Assembly: GCA_051530055.1 (NCBI GenBank)
Contig: CM121341.1
Coordinates: 14,858,784 to 14,922,783, forward strand
Length of the DNA stretch: 64,000 nt
Direction: 5' to 3'
Source of the DNA: Neoechinorhynchus agilis
Lineage: Eukaryota; Animalia; Acanthocephala
Shown: piece by piece, positions 1 to 11,499 of the stretch
How the letters are laid out: each line of letters starts with the position of its first letter
Position numbering within the stretch: position 1 is the first letter of the stretch
The notes under the pieces: generated by a model
What the model was told of the DNA's origin: nothing
The model's input: the letters and a program-made list of their open reading frames with translations, nothing else
Databases searched by the model: none
Program-made: the position numbers and the translations under genes

Positions 1-119
1 GACTGCAAATTTTCATTAGAAAAGAATTACTACCCAAGCACCTTATTTCACTTAACAATGACATTTTTTCAATTCAAATTGTTTCCATTAGTAATCCTTT
101 CCACGACCAAACCACGGCT

Positions 120-407
120 TTGCAGCCTCAATTTTTACTTTTGAACATTTACATTCATCCCCGCCAAGTTAATCATTTTCTTAACCTATACTCTTCCTTC
201 ATCTCTTTTTGGAATCTGGACTTTCTAATTGGCGATTTCAATTCCAATGTTTTATCTGCCATTAAATCTATATTTCAAAATCATCAATTTATATTATCTC
301 AATTTCCGTCCTTTCATAATATCTCTAGAAAGAGACACTCTTATATTGACGGAGCTATTATTAAGAAAAATGCCTCGCTAGACTTTTCGCCCACCGTACA
401 AATTTAA
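120..407 (+). mobile_element. Apurinic-endonuclease (APE) fragment of a non-LTR retrotransposon, truncated
   Basis: Translation contains APE motifs LIGDFNS and SYIDGAI; the ORF stops at 407 and no RT follows. Confidence 0.6.
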
Positions 408-435
408 TCTCAATCGCTTTTAGGACATGATTTTA

Positions 436-990
436 TCATATTTCAAACAGTAGGTTTGACTCTAAAAGGTCGCTTATAATGAGACTGACACCGTCCAGTC
501 TACGGCCACCGAGTCGGCAAAGATTGCTCGGCTCTACGATGTTGAACGCATTTACACTATTCAGGGCACGACTAAAAATTGCGTTAACTTCGGCTCCTAG
601 AGCCAAAGCAATATTTGGAGATTCGATAGATTTTGACCGCACGATGTCACAGATTCTCATGACGAGAAGGCACTGTTAAACCCAGGGGGCCTTCCCATTG
701 GCGTCACGACACTCGGGTCGTTCGGTACCACATCGCTGGACCTGGTATAGCATTTGTCGAAGAGGTTGAGATGAATCATTGACTATCCGAGGGCAGGAGC
801 ATTCCTCCAGCAAAAACGGGGAACGCTGCATTCGTCTTTTTGACAATTACACCAGGACGGCAGCTGAGTGATCTAGAGCGGTGGCGTGAATGTTTGTAAA
901 CTCTTCAGTTTGAAGAACTAGCAAAAAATGCGGAAGTCGAAGAAAACTTCATTTAGCTCTCATGGGCAACGCCGGGTAAAACAACCAATT
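436..990 (-). mobile_element. Degenerate CRE-clade retrotransposon fragment (RT C-terminus / restriction-like endonuclease)
   Basis: AEVNAIFSRALNSVNAFNIVEPSNLCRLGGRRLDGVS aligns with HTEINALLSRALKTANSSNILEPSNICRIDGRRPDGVT of the CRE at 30639-31700. Weaker RT-end similarity extends to about 990. Confidence 0.6.
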
Positions 991-1449
991 ATTCTCCATA
1001 GAAATGGATGACCAAAAAGCGCTGCACGTGCAATATTCCAATACTCGTGATTATCGATCTTCAGGTGAATAATGCAAATACCAAGTCGAGGTAAATTTCG
1101 AGTTGCCGTTAAAATGATTTGAGGGATTCTAATTTGGTCTTCTTTTCTAAATTCATGATTGTAAAGTTCACACAGAATTTTTAGTATAAGTCACGACCAT
1201 TACAGGGAACAAAAACTGACTCAATTGAATTTCACATAGAAGTTTCCAATACAAGTGAGATGAATTTCTCTTTAGGAGATATATCTGAATAAACGCAAAA
1301 CAATCAGTAAATACTGTACTAGAACACTTGAGGATAAAATAGGCGGTGATCTGTATCTTTTTAATTTATTTATCCTTACAGTCAGGCATACGCATGGTTA
1401 TGTTTTTCAGATTGAGTTGATTGGTCTTACGACATCTTCTTTTTGGCCT

Positions 1450-1600
1450 CTCGGCTATATTCCTATGAGGGCCTTTCGGCTAACTCACACACATCGGAGG
1501 CGCTTAGCCGCATTCGATGGGAACGGGCCAACCCACTTTCTTTGGCCCCTCTGTATCTTGTGCGTATAAAAAGTACAGTTTTCAGCTATAATGTTCAAAA
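1450..1600 (-). mobile_element. Possible decayed 3' end of an RTE-type RT ORF
   Basis: Minus-strand reading IQRGQRKWVGPF..RKALIGI*PRGQK resembles the RTE C-terminal motif (IRxRQLRWxGH...RPRGRP); it contains stops. Confidence 0.25.
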
Positions 1601-1820
1601 CAAAATTCAATTCGAGTTCGAACCAAGTGACGCAGAATCTAATTCTAGCCCGACTGCTCTAATATCCGCTCGAATGAAAATGGAAAATATATTTTACAGC
1701 TAAGGTTACAGTATAACACAATAACCCACGAAATCACACAGATACCCACGAAGACTTAAACAAAAACACAAAATTGAAGAGTAAAGGGGAATATGCTTCG
1801 AGGAAAGTCAAAAGAGTGGG

Positions 1821-2147
1821 ATTTTATAGAGAGGGAAAATTCGGAAATAATTTCTTCGAAATTAAAGCGAAGAATTCGTAGAAATGCAAAGAAAAACTGA
1901 AATATTGATGAAAAAATTAAAATAAGAAAATGAACGGTAAAGTTAAATAGAGAAAAACGACTAATTGAGGTTTAGAAGGGGAAAAGACGAAGCGTAGTTA
2001 ACGATGGGAAATCTATCAAGATGCATATACTCTGAAGCGGAACAACGGAACGCTGGGCACATGGCGATGAAACCAGTTCGGAGGAACTGTACAGAGCAAC
2101 CAAAGCGAGAACATATAAAGAATCACAAATACCACGAAATTATCGCG
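1821..2147. repeat. Diverged direct repeat, copy 1 (copy 2 at 4147-4408)
   Basis: Shares blocks such as TTTATAGAG.GGGAAAATTCG, CGCTGGGC.CATGGCGATGAAACCAG.TCGG, CAACCAAAGCG.GAACA and AAATACC.CGAAATTAT.GC with 4147-4408. Confidence 0.75.
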
Positions 2148-2322
2148 GAAACGCTCTCGAGCACTACAAAACGATCTACAACGCACGAATACGCATGAAG
2201 ACTTCAACGAACACACCAATTTGCCGAGTAAAAAGGAAGAAGCTTTAAACAGGGCCGAAAAGTTGGTCTGAGAAAGTTTTATTGCACATACACTCACACA
2301 CAACACGCGCCTTCAGACATCA

Positions 2323-4200
2323 TCACCCCTGCCTTTTCGGTTTGGGAATGATGTGAGGCAAGACGGTTTTCCCTCGGGAGCATGTCTCCTGCGACCAATC
2401 GAACTGGACTGGATTGTGTCCACGCACAAGACTCCATTGCGACTCCGACAGTACACTGCCGTTTACTCGGTCCGTATTGCTGAAGATTAGGTCGATCACA
2501 CTGGAGCCTCTTGGATGGGAGTAGATGTGTTGGAAGTTTGAGGATCGCAGTAAGAGACCGATTTTGTTCATAAATTGAAGGAATTCGACCGTTCTATCCG
2601 TGTCGCTTTTCAGGATGTTAACGTTGAAATCTCCCGCAACGATAATACTTTTTGAGCCATCGAGAAACGCTAACGCAGATGACAATTCGTCGGCTATTAT
2701 CGCGAGAGGAGTGTTGGGCGTGAAGTAGCATCCGAGTATATCGATATGTTCTGTGGTCACTGCAACCACTGATTCCGAACGGTAAACAAGTTTGCCTGCG
2801 AATTTCGGACCAAGTCCAATTACGATTCCACCTGAAGGGCGTCCCTCAGTTCGGGTCGCTGGTGATTCGAATACGTAAAAGCCCCTTATCGCGGAAGGGA
2901 CTAGTCGCATCGTCTCTGTTAGGAAGAAAAGGTCGAAGTCACACAAGAGTGACTCAACCCCCCCCCCATCGTTTCATCGTGGTCAGGCCTTCGACGTTAA
3001 AAATGATACCCTTAAACGCGATCCTAGACGGTACTTGGTCATCGAGTCATAAAGACTGGTGATGACTGACCGTAGTTGGTGGTTCCAGATCAATAGGATC
3101 CTCAGCAATCCGATCCATGTCGGTGTCGTCCTTCGTGAGCTGATTAGCTTTGGGTTGCGTAGATTTCGGTGAATGTATTTGAACAATACAGTCGTTTCGG
3201 ATGACATAGCGTTTATCCGGGTTAGCTGAGCGGAGTTCCCTGATCTTACTCAAAGTCTCCTTGGGGATCACTCTCTCGCCTGGTGATCGGTCGGGATCGA
3301 TGAAAACGTTTTCGAAACCGGAGACGTTGCGCAAATTCCTGGACATCTTCAGTGCTTGGGTCACCTCTCCTTCTGATAGGCAGACCAACAGCCATCGGGG
3401 AATGTCCGTACGTTTGCCGGGTAACCGGAGAATGCAATGGGGTTTTACACCGTTCATTCCAAGATGCTCGAACATCGATCTGACCGTGTCCGCTTCCCTA
3501 TCGTTCTCCAGGAGGCCCTTTACGATTACTCTCCTGCTGCGTTTCTCTGCCTTGTCTAGGGCAGATTTTATCCGGCTGGCATCTTCAGCTCTTTCGGCCG
3601 TGTTAATCATCACCCGCTGTACCGTCGATTTGACTGCTTCGGACAATTGTTTTGTCAACATTAGCGACGGAGCATGGGTTTTTCCTAATTTTCGGGTGAC
3701 TTTCGCCTCAAGCGGTCGCTCTGGATCCGTTATCCGGGTGGGCTTTTTGAGCCTTTCGACTTCCGCACGAGTGATCGGACATATTCCGTCCCTGATTTGG
3801 CATCCGGCCGGAAGAACGGAAGGCAGGTAGATCTTTACCAGCACCGGGCAGCCTGGAGATGAGCACTACGCTAGTCATGGTTGTGACGATATCCTTCGCA
3901 TCGGGGGCATTATCGGGTACGTTGCTCCGGTTGGAGCATCGCTTCGATACACACTTCGTGCAACTTTTGCCCTGCTTTCGGCACGAGCAATTAATGCAGA
4001 GCGCATTGTTGTTGCATTTGCAACATCTCCGCATTGTTTTCGAAGAAAAATTCGGTGGTGGCCTCGTTGACGGCGGCGGTGGCATTGTGCTTGTTTGGTG
4101 ATGGTGGTGGTGATAAAGCAAAAAAATTGGCCGAAAAGTTGGTGTGATTTATAGAGGGGAAATTCGCATCTAATTTTCTTGAAATTTGGTTAATCATAGA
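2323..4200 (-). mobile_element. 3'-truncated APE-type LINE (CR1/L2/Jockey-like): Cys-rich N-terminus + ORF1 + endonuclease, no RT
   Basis: 3708-4121 encodes CCKCNNNALCINCSCRKQGKSCTKCVSKRC. 3047-3844 encodes ORF1-type motifs RRVIVKGLLE...LRLPG...PRWLLV...FENVFIDPDRSPGER. 2323-2946 encodes APE motifs FLTET, SGGIVI, AGDFNV and SVIDLIF. Confidence 0.8.
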
Positions 4201-4408
4201 GGGTAAAAATTAGCGAGGAATTCGTGCAAATGCAAACAAAATGAAGTATGCATGAAAACAATAAAAATAAGGCGGAACAACGGATACAAAAACTGGCACA
4301 TATACGCTGGGCGCATGGCGATGAAACCAGCTCGGGGACACGACTGCACAGATCAACCAAAGCGTGAACATCATATAAAGAATACCAAATACCTCGAAAT
4401 TATTGCTT
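4147..4408. repeat. Diverged direct repeat, copy 2; lies immediately 5' (minus strand) of the LINE ORF1
   Basis: Homologous to 1821-2147 (see that entry). Confidence 0.75.
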
Positions 4409-5800
4409 GGACTTCACATGTTATGGATATAAATAACGAAAAAGCTAAAGCAGCACAAACGACTTAAATGACTGCATTCGGTTTCTGTTTCCGACTTGTT
4501 AATTTTTCAGGTATTCATTTGAGAAATTGGTGAGCACTTTTTCAATGAGTGAGCGGCGAATGTAATTATAACTTTCGTTTTGAACTTCACATGTTTTCGA
4601 TATAAATAAAGGAAATAGGTGAAGCAGAACAAACGGCCTGTAAAAGGGCAATTTATAAGAATGAGGATTTGTATTTGATTTAACAGATTAGAAATGTACA
4701 CTAACAGCTGAACGCGTTTAAAAATTTACAAAGACAACGTTTATCCTCGGTTGATATTTTACTAAGAAAAGTAAATAATGTTAATACCTGGCCTTTATCG
4801 TCGTAGTTTTAAATGGAATTAAGTGTTACATTTTTTCGTCCAAATAAGGCGAAATATTTTTTGCGTTAGAATTCTCCGTTTAATGGGAAACTATGTTTAT
4901 TTGACTTTCCTCTGCGCAAAGCAATGTACCTCTTTTCCTTTACAATTTCAATCTTATCATCGCTCTTCAGGTGGTCCAATTTTTTGTAAACCGTTTTAGT
5001 TACTGGATAAAGATCCTGCACTAACTTCATCGTGAATACCCGTGCTTTTGCCATATTTCTGACGAGTACTATCAATAATCTAGCTTGCTTTTGTAGCATT
5101 TTAATAAAATACCGCATATATTTCTCGCTGTTGCTTCATTGAAATAAGCTCCACAATTCTTAGATATTTACCTCACGTTCATTCCATCAATATCGTTTCT
5201 CTAGTCACGTTTTTGCAGTGCATAAATTAGATCCATCGGATGCATTAGCTCCAAAAATTCACAATGATGGATTTCAAGCATTTGCGAAAAATCACACGCA
5301 ATTTCTTTCCTAAATTCATCAAACAAAAGCTGTTTCATAGACTGTTTGTCTGTGTAAATCCTTAGAAAGGCACGACTTTACATTTTATATGTTTGTTTAA
5401 GTAAAATGAAGCATCACTAAAAAAGTTCATCTAATCTTCGAGGTATGAATGTCAAATGATAAATTGTGCCTTTTGCAACATACAGCCTTCAGACGAATAT
5501 TGCACTTGACTTGCACAATAAGAGGCACCCAGCATTCTAAGAATATGCCTACCCCAAGTTCACGTAGAATTCTATATTACCTGTAAGTGATGCACAGAGA
5601 AATTCTTTGCTATTGATAGTAAATGCGATGCGTGCGCGAGAGAGAGGTACTCGATATTAATAAGTGTGTAAAGAGGGATTTTATGGCACCGAGATGATAG
5701 TTATGATGCCTTTCGGCACGGATAAAAGACAGCGCTCAAAAAGCGATTCTCAGTATCTTCCTCTCCATCACTTCTTCTTCTCCTCCTCCTCAACGCAACA

Positions 5801-6136
5801 ATGCCCTTCCAAATGGCCGAATCTGAACACTGTCCGCGATGTGACAAACCCGTCTTCTTCGCTGAGGAAATGAATGTAGCCGGGAAAAAATGGCATAAAA
5901 CCTGCTATAAATGCGGACTGTGCAAACGCTCCCTAGAATCGACCACTCTGGCAGTATTTGAAAGCAACATATTTTGCAAACATTGTTATGGGCGAAAATA
6001 CGGTCCCAAAGGCTATGGATTCGGTGTCGGTGCTGGCGTGCTCGGTATGGACTCTGGTGAACATCTTGGAAACAAAGAAAGTGCAATGAGCACTCGGGCT
6101 CATGAACATGTGCCCGGAGCTGAAGTAGCAGAGTAA
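5801..6136 (+). CDS. MLP: Muscle LIM protein / cysteine-rich protein (single LIM domain + Gly-rich repeat), copy 1, intronless
   Basis: CPRCDKPVFFAEE...WHKTCYKCGLCKRSL...FCKHCYGRKYGPKGYGFGVGAG is the CSRP/Mlp signature; 111 aa. Confidence 0.95.
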   Translation: MPFQMAESEHCPRCDKPVFFAEEMNVAGKKWHKTCYKCGLCKRSLESTTLAVFESNIFCKHCYGRKYGPKGYGFGVGAGVLGMDSGEHLGNKESAMSTRAHEHVPGAEVAE

Positions 6137-8836
6137 TCGATCAATTTCTGCTGTTAAAGCTCTAAGTTTATTTTGTTAGATGAAGCTCTCACATAAATGT
6201 AGATGAAAACTATCGAACGCATTTTGCGCGCGTAAACTAGACTGCTGGATAAAAACTAATCTTTATTTTATTAAGCACCAGGCTCATAGTCACCATAAAA
6301 TCTGCAATCTTGCGAAATAGGGCATAATCCACAGACCTCATAATTTTTCCAAAAAACGCAAGGTTAAGGCCCATTTTTAAATGGTGTTCATAATTGAAGG
6401 AATGCAACGCGATATTTAGCACTTATAGACAATGCTGATTTGCAGCGAAAACTATTGAAAAAATCAAGGATTATTGAAATTGCGATATTTCGCTGGGCAG
6501 GATTTGCCCAGTGTCGGACCATGCCTCCTTGTCGCAAGCGAATTGGCGGAATTGAGGCACAGATGTTCGAGGTACCCGTTTTCCCTGCTTCAATTCGAGA
6601 ATTCGTTCGTGCAATTCACGATTCCATGATTGTTAATCCCTTAGCATCTGCAGCAATTCTTTTGCAATATCCGATTTACCCTCGTCGCCAATTGTTTTGT
6701 TCTCCATGGATTTGAATAACTGGTTTTTTATTAAGTCACAACCGCCAGTCTCGGCACCACACACACCAATATATATACTAATAATTCCATATGGCGCTAA
6801 TCGATTTATAAAAATATAAATCAATATATAACACTTGTAAGTAATTTCTAGTTCATCAACAGAACGATTAATATTTTGATCCTGATTGTACTTAAACATC
6901 GGTAATGGTAATGTTCTCAAAAGTTGCAGGCTGTATCGTTGAACTAAATGAATGCTCGTTAAGTATAAATTTATCATTTTTCAATTTTAATTAAATTTGC
7001 GTAACGACAATTTCAGAACATGACCTACTTAGCCAATCGATCGCGAATGTGTCGAAAAATATAAGTATGGAGTGAATTTCAAGTCAAAACTGAAATATAT
7101 TCTGCGTTTAAAATAGAATATAGAACGGACAACCACCTTATCTCCTCAGAATCATATAAGAAAAAGAATAATGTAAAATTGATGCACTTCACAAAAAAGT
7201 TTGAAACCCATTAGAAAAAGGTACATTTTGAATGCTCAACAAAGCAAAAAGAAATTTTATATATTTAGCATGTTTGAATCTTAGAAGGGTTTTATGAGAA
7301 AACAAATGTTTCTGCGGTTAAAGGCGATTAATCATATTTTCTAATAATGAACCAATCGCTATTCTAGATTAATAATTCAGTCTGTTGTAAGTTCCCCTTT
7401 GATGCTCTCTAAGTAGGAAATTTACATGTAAGATAATGGTTTTTCGACGGAAAAATAAAAGGAATTTATTAAATCCGATATTTCGTCACAATCTCGTACC
7501 TTTATCCTCTTCTTGTTTCGCCATAAACAAGTATGAATGGTTGAATTTTCAAACACATATAAGATAAAACTTTCGCTTAAAAATTTCGCCCTTTTTACCG
7601 CACTTCTATGATATATAAAAGAAAAAATCAATCACGTACTTGGATTATAGAGACATCTTTAGATTTGCTGTTACTATCAAAAATTAATTATACAAAATCA
7701 CCTTGGAATTAAGCTATTGCTAGAAATTGGCACTTTAACCATATTAAGTAAATTGTAAAATTCGAATTAAGGTTCTTGTTCGACCGTGATACACTTAAAT
7801 CGATTAAAATTTATATGATCGCAATCTGCGCACACAAAGAGCTTAACATCGACAACTTTGAGCGAATCGATTTCGCTATGTGCTATTACATATACGAATT
7901 CTTCTACTATCGCAAATACAATCTGATTATTCTCTTTCGAAAACCCAACTCGATGTCGCTAGCTTAAAGTAGTATTCAATGCGATTTGATTCAATGTTAT
8001 GATTTTCAAGCGTCCTTAGCGTACCTTTCAATCTTGAAATAGAAATAGGATTGGAGAAAGGGGAGAAGAGAGATAAAAACAAAAAATCAGCCTACAATGC
8101 AATTAATTTTATTTAAATTGTGAAATTCCACTAGATAGAATGACATATGAAAGCCCAAATATACATAAAGGACAATCTTAAGCAATCGAGCAATCATGGC
8201 TAAGTGCAATAAAGACAACCTTCAGATGACAAATCGTCTGTAATGACAATATTGCGATATGGTTGGCATTTTTGATTGTAGATCCTTTTGGAGGAGATTG
8301 AACCACTATAACTTACTTTTGGATTGATTCGAATGCACCTCCAAATCTTCAAATTAAGCAAATGCGAGTTGCATGTGATCGTCAATCAGTTTTCAACGCA
8401 AAAATCAAAGAAAATAAAAAATCCAAAAAAGGACTTTTAAACCCAAAATTGCGCCAATTCATAAATATTCCGTTTTAACTATCAGCAAATCTGTGCTAAA
8501 GCTAATTAGAGAGTTACCTCAGTTGACATTAGGTTGTCCTCGATTACTTTTCCGCGAATACTCTACATAAGGCATTAATTAACCGTCGCTACTACCGCTT
8601 CTTTTTCTGCAGATGGGAGGAATATACGGTATCAGCAAATGTTTTGCGAGGTAAAACGCTCTTTAGTAAAGAGATAGAGAAACGCATGGCATTTGATATG
8701 CGGGATTGTGGCAACGGTTTAGCACGCACAATGGTATTTTCTGGCATGAATAAAAGAAAAGCGAAAACGACTTCTTTTGGTACTAACAAGAAACCCATCC
8801 TCTCCGTCTCTTCTTCTCCTCCTCCTCAACGCAACA

Positions 8837-9172
8837 ATGCCCTTCCAAATGGCCGAATCTGAACACTGTCCGCGATGTGACAAACCCGTCTTCTTCGCTG
8901 AGGAAATGAATGTAGCCGGCAAAAAATGGCATAAAACCTGCTATAAATGCGGACTGTGCAAACGCTCCCTAGAATCGACCACTCTGGCAGTATTTGAAAG
9001 CAACATATTTTGCAAACATTGTTATGGGCGAAAATACGGTCCCAAAGGCTATGGATTCGGTGTCGGTGCTGGTGTGCTCGGTATGGACTCTGGTGAACAT
9101 CTTGGAAACAAAGAAAGTGCAATGAGCACTCGGGCTCATGAACATGTGCCCGGAGCTGAAGTAGCAGATTGA
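8837..9172 (+). CDS. MLP: Muscle LIM protein, copy 2, intronless
   Basis: Same CDS as 5801-6136 except two synonymous changes and the last residue/stop (E-TAA vs D-TGA). ATG at 8837. Confidence 0.95.
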   Translation: MPFQMAESEHCPRCDKPVFFAEEMNVAGKKWHKTCYKCGLCKRSLESTTLAVFESNIFCKHCYGRKYGPKGYGFGVGAGVLGMDSGEHLGNKESAMSTRAHEHVPGAEVAD

Positions 9173-9899
9173 ACCGTCTAATCAAACTCATGGAATTTCC
9201 GTTTCGCACGGTAGATCAGGTTTTTCTGAAATGTAGATGGCATTTGATTTCATGTTTCTTAGTCAAAAAAATAAATTCAGAATTTCAGGTTGAGGAACAG
9301 AACCGCAGTGAGTTGTTAACAGAGTGTCACATTATTATTACTGGACCAATGACAACAACGCGCGCGCCCATAAGCGACACGATACATTGTGCAACGTTCT
9401 TGCAGATCACTCACGACATCTCCAAACTTCTGAGACCTTCCGCTCCTTGTATCTTCGGATCATCTTTCCATCTCCATTGCCCTTATTTGGTAAACTAAGA
9501 TCTTTATCGCGTCGCATTTTATTTTACCCATCCTCCGTTTCGGATCAGCATGTATTCCGTGTTCTCTCTTATAATTCGCTATAAAAAAAGTAATTGTATA
9601 AGAGACCGGACCACTTCGATTCTTTATCTTGCTTTCGTTCCACGAATCATCTACTGGTATTCTTCTAAACCAAATCGACAGCCCCTTCTCGAATTCTAAA
9701 TTTTCTCCAACTTTGATGGTTATAAACTCTTTTTGTCGAAAAATAGTTAGAAAAAGTTTCGCGATTTAGTTATTTATCATCGTAAATCAATAAATAATGT
9801 GGAGTTTTATGGTTGTAGTCCTTAATCTGGAAACAGCGGACTCACTTCGATTCTCAAAAAATATCCATTGTAATGTTTGAATAATTAAAAACATTTATT

Positions 9900-10087
9900 G
9901 TAAAGAAATTATTCAGTATAGTTTCAGTTTCAATTAGCGATGTTTGATTCAGAAATAGATTTATATTGAAAATTTTCGGCCTTTTCGTTGGTGTTCTTCA
10001 GTCAATTGCTTGTAAGTTTATAAATATGTGCCCGAAAATTTTCAATATAAATCTATTTTTGAATCAAACATCGCTAATTGAAACTGT
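9900..10087 (-). mobile_element. Palindromic mini-retroelement with leader motif and degenerate minimal hammerhead core, 12-bp TSD
   Basis: AAAACATTTATT at 9888-9899 and 10088-10099. Inverted arms at about 9924-9980 and 10031-10087. Minus strand reads leader GCACATATTTATAAACTTACAAG, then AUUGA-CUGAAGA-A-(damaged stem II)-GAAA-AUUU-UCAAU. Confidence 0.75.
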
Positions 10088-10891
10088 AAAACATTTATTT
10101 CGCAGAAAGACATTATTTCTCATTTTATGTTCACGTCACCGACAATCATCGCGAGATTGAGCTGTAAATCTTAATCTCGTTACTTTGCAATGTTCCCATA
10201 ATTCAAAAACCAAAGGCTTGGAAATCTTGAATGTTCTGCAGTAAAGAGGAATCGATTGATTTTTGGATCGCTATGTTTGTCAAAACGACAATCAGTGAGT
10301 AGTATTTCCAAGAGTTCTGTCCCTCGTTAAAGTTTATCGTTCTCAATTTTCGCATTTTTCATGTTATGGATAGAACAGGACTTTCATCGAATTTTGGCGG
10401 ACTGCCACTTACGCTTGATTATCGTTTAATCCGCTTATTATGTTAAACCTTATAACCCAATCGTCTTATTAATGGCCCAATCGTTTGTTGTACCGATCGG
10501 AACAGCATGTTTCCGTTACATACTACGATTTGGCGACTTCCAAATTATTGTCGGACAAACATGAACCATTGTTTATTTACAATTTTTGATTGAAACACAT
10601 TGAAGTTCACGAATATGAAGATACAAAACCACAAGTCTATGAACATTCGCTATTCTGAAGCGTAGATTTTTGATAAAGTACAGAAGCACATGAATGAAAC
10701 TAATGGTTATACATAAGTCTTGTAAACATAAGAACAAAGATTTTGCGTAATGTAACCGTGTCATCGAAGAAGCACCAACTCCTCCGTTCCCTACCTATGA
10801 TATTTATGTCTACATAACCACCACCGCCGCCGTGATGGTTTAGAGCAAATATGTGGGAAAGGTTTTGTTGGAAGTAATCGGTTAACCTTAG

Positions 10892-11027
10892 GGTATTTTA
10901 CTCAGATATCTAGCATACGTAAGCACTTCGCTGTGAATTCGTGATGAGTTTATAGCGACGGTATTTTACTCAGATATCTAGCATACGTAAGCACTTCGCT
11001 GTGAATTCGTGATGAGTTTATAGCGAC
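10892..11027. repeat. Perfect 68-bp tandem duplication (2 copies)
   Basis: GGTATTTTACTCAGATATC...TTTATAGCGAC occurs at 10892-10959 and 10960-11027. Confidence 0.95.
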
Positions 11028-11167
11028 TCGAGAAAAGTTGCTTTCACATTCACAAGTAACGACTAGTTGGAAGGATCACATGTTTTTGAAAGTATTTGGA
11101 GGTTGAGAATCATCGGCGAAATGCACTATTTAAAAGGGAATAGCTGTCGTCCTTGCATCACTTTATG

Positions 11168-11392
11168 GCACACGCTTCATTTTGAACCTTATTCGGGATT
11201 CACGAAAAATCCTTGCTCAGCTAACGAAATTATCTATCTTTAAAAATTTCGTCCTTTGGATCATTTCGAAAACGAACATTTCGTTTTTTCTTTTCAGTTG
11301 GCAATGGTTGAATGCACGTTTCATCTTGAACTTGCTTCGGGATTCACGAAAAAATCCTAGCTCAGTTTACGAAATTGTCTATCTTTAAATTT
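11168..11392. repeat. Imperfect ~80-bp direct repeat, period 144 bp
   Basis: TCGGGATTCACGAAAAATCCT.GCTCAG...CGAAATT.TCTATCTTTAAA occurs twice (GATTCACG at 11197 and 11341). Confidence 0.7.
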
Positions 11393-11499
11393 TTTGTCTG
11401 TTATTGATCCCAATGTATATCAGATATTCGGATCATCTCGAGAAAGCGTTTCGATTTTCGTTTCGCAGTTTCTCCATACCGCATTTCGATGTTTTTTTA

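Noticed and set aside
4491-4510. AAAAATTAACAAG on the minus strand upstream of the LINE as another leader copy
   Set aside because: Only a partial match in AT-rich DNA, and the element's 5' boundary is not defined; not counted.
4866-5117. Basic 83-aa ORF resembling a winged-helix or transposase N-terminus
   Set aside because: No catalytic motifs or terminal repeats nearby; the resemblance is too generic.
8782-8791. ACTAACAAG upstream of MLP copy 2 as a retro-copied leader
   Set aside because: A 9-nt match is expected by chance, and the following sequence does not match copy 1 as a retrocopy would require.
11010-11040. GTGATGAG...ACTCGAGAAA as a hammerhead core
   Set aside because: C3 is missing, the GAAA register is broken and there is no stem I or UH triplet.
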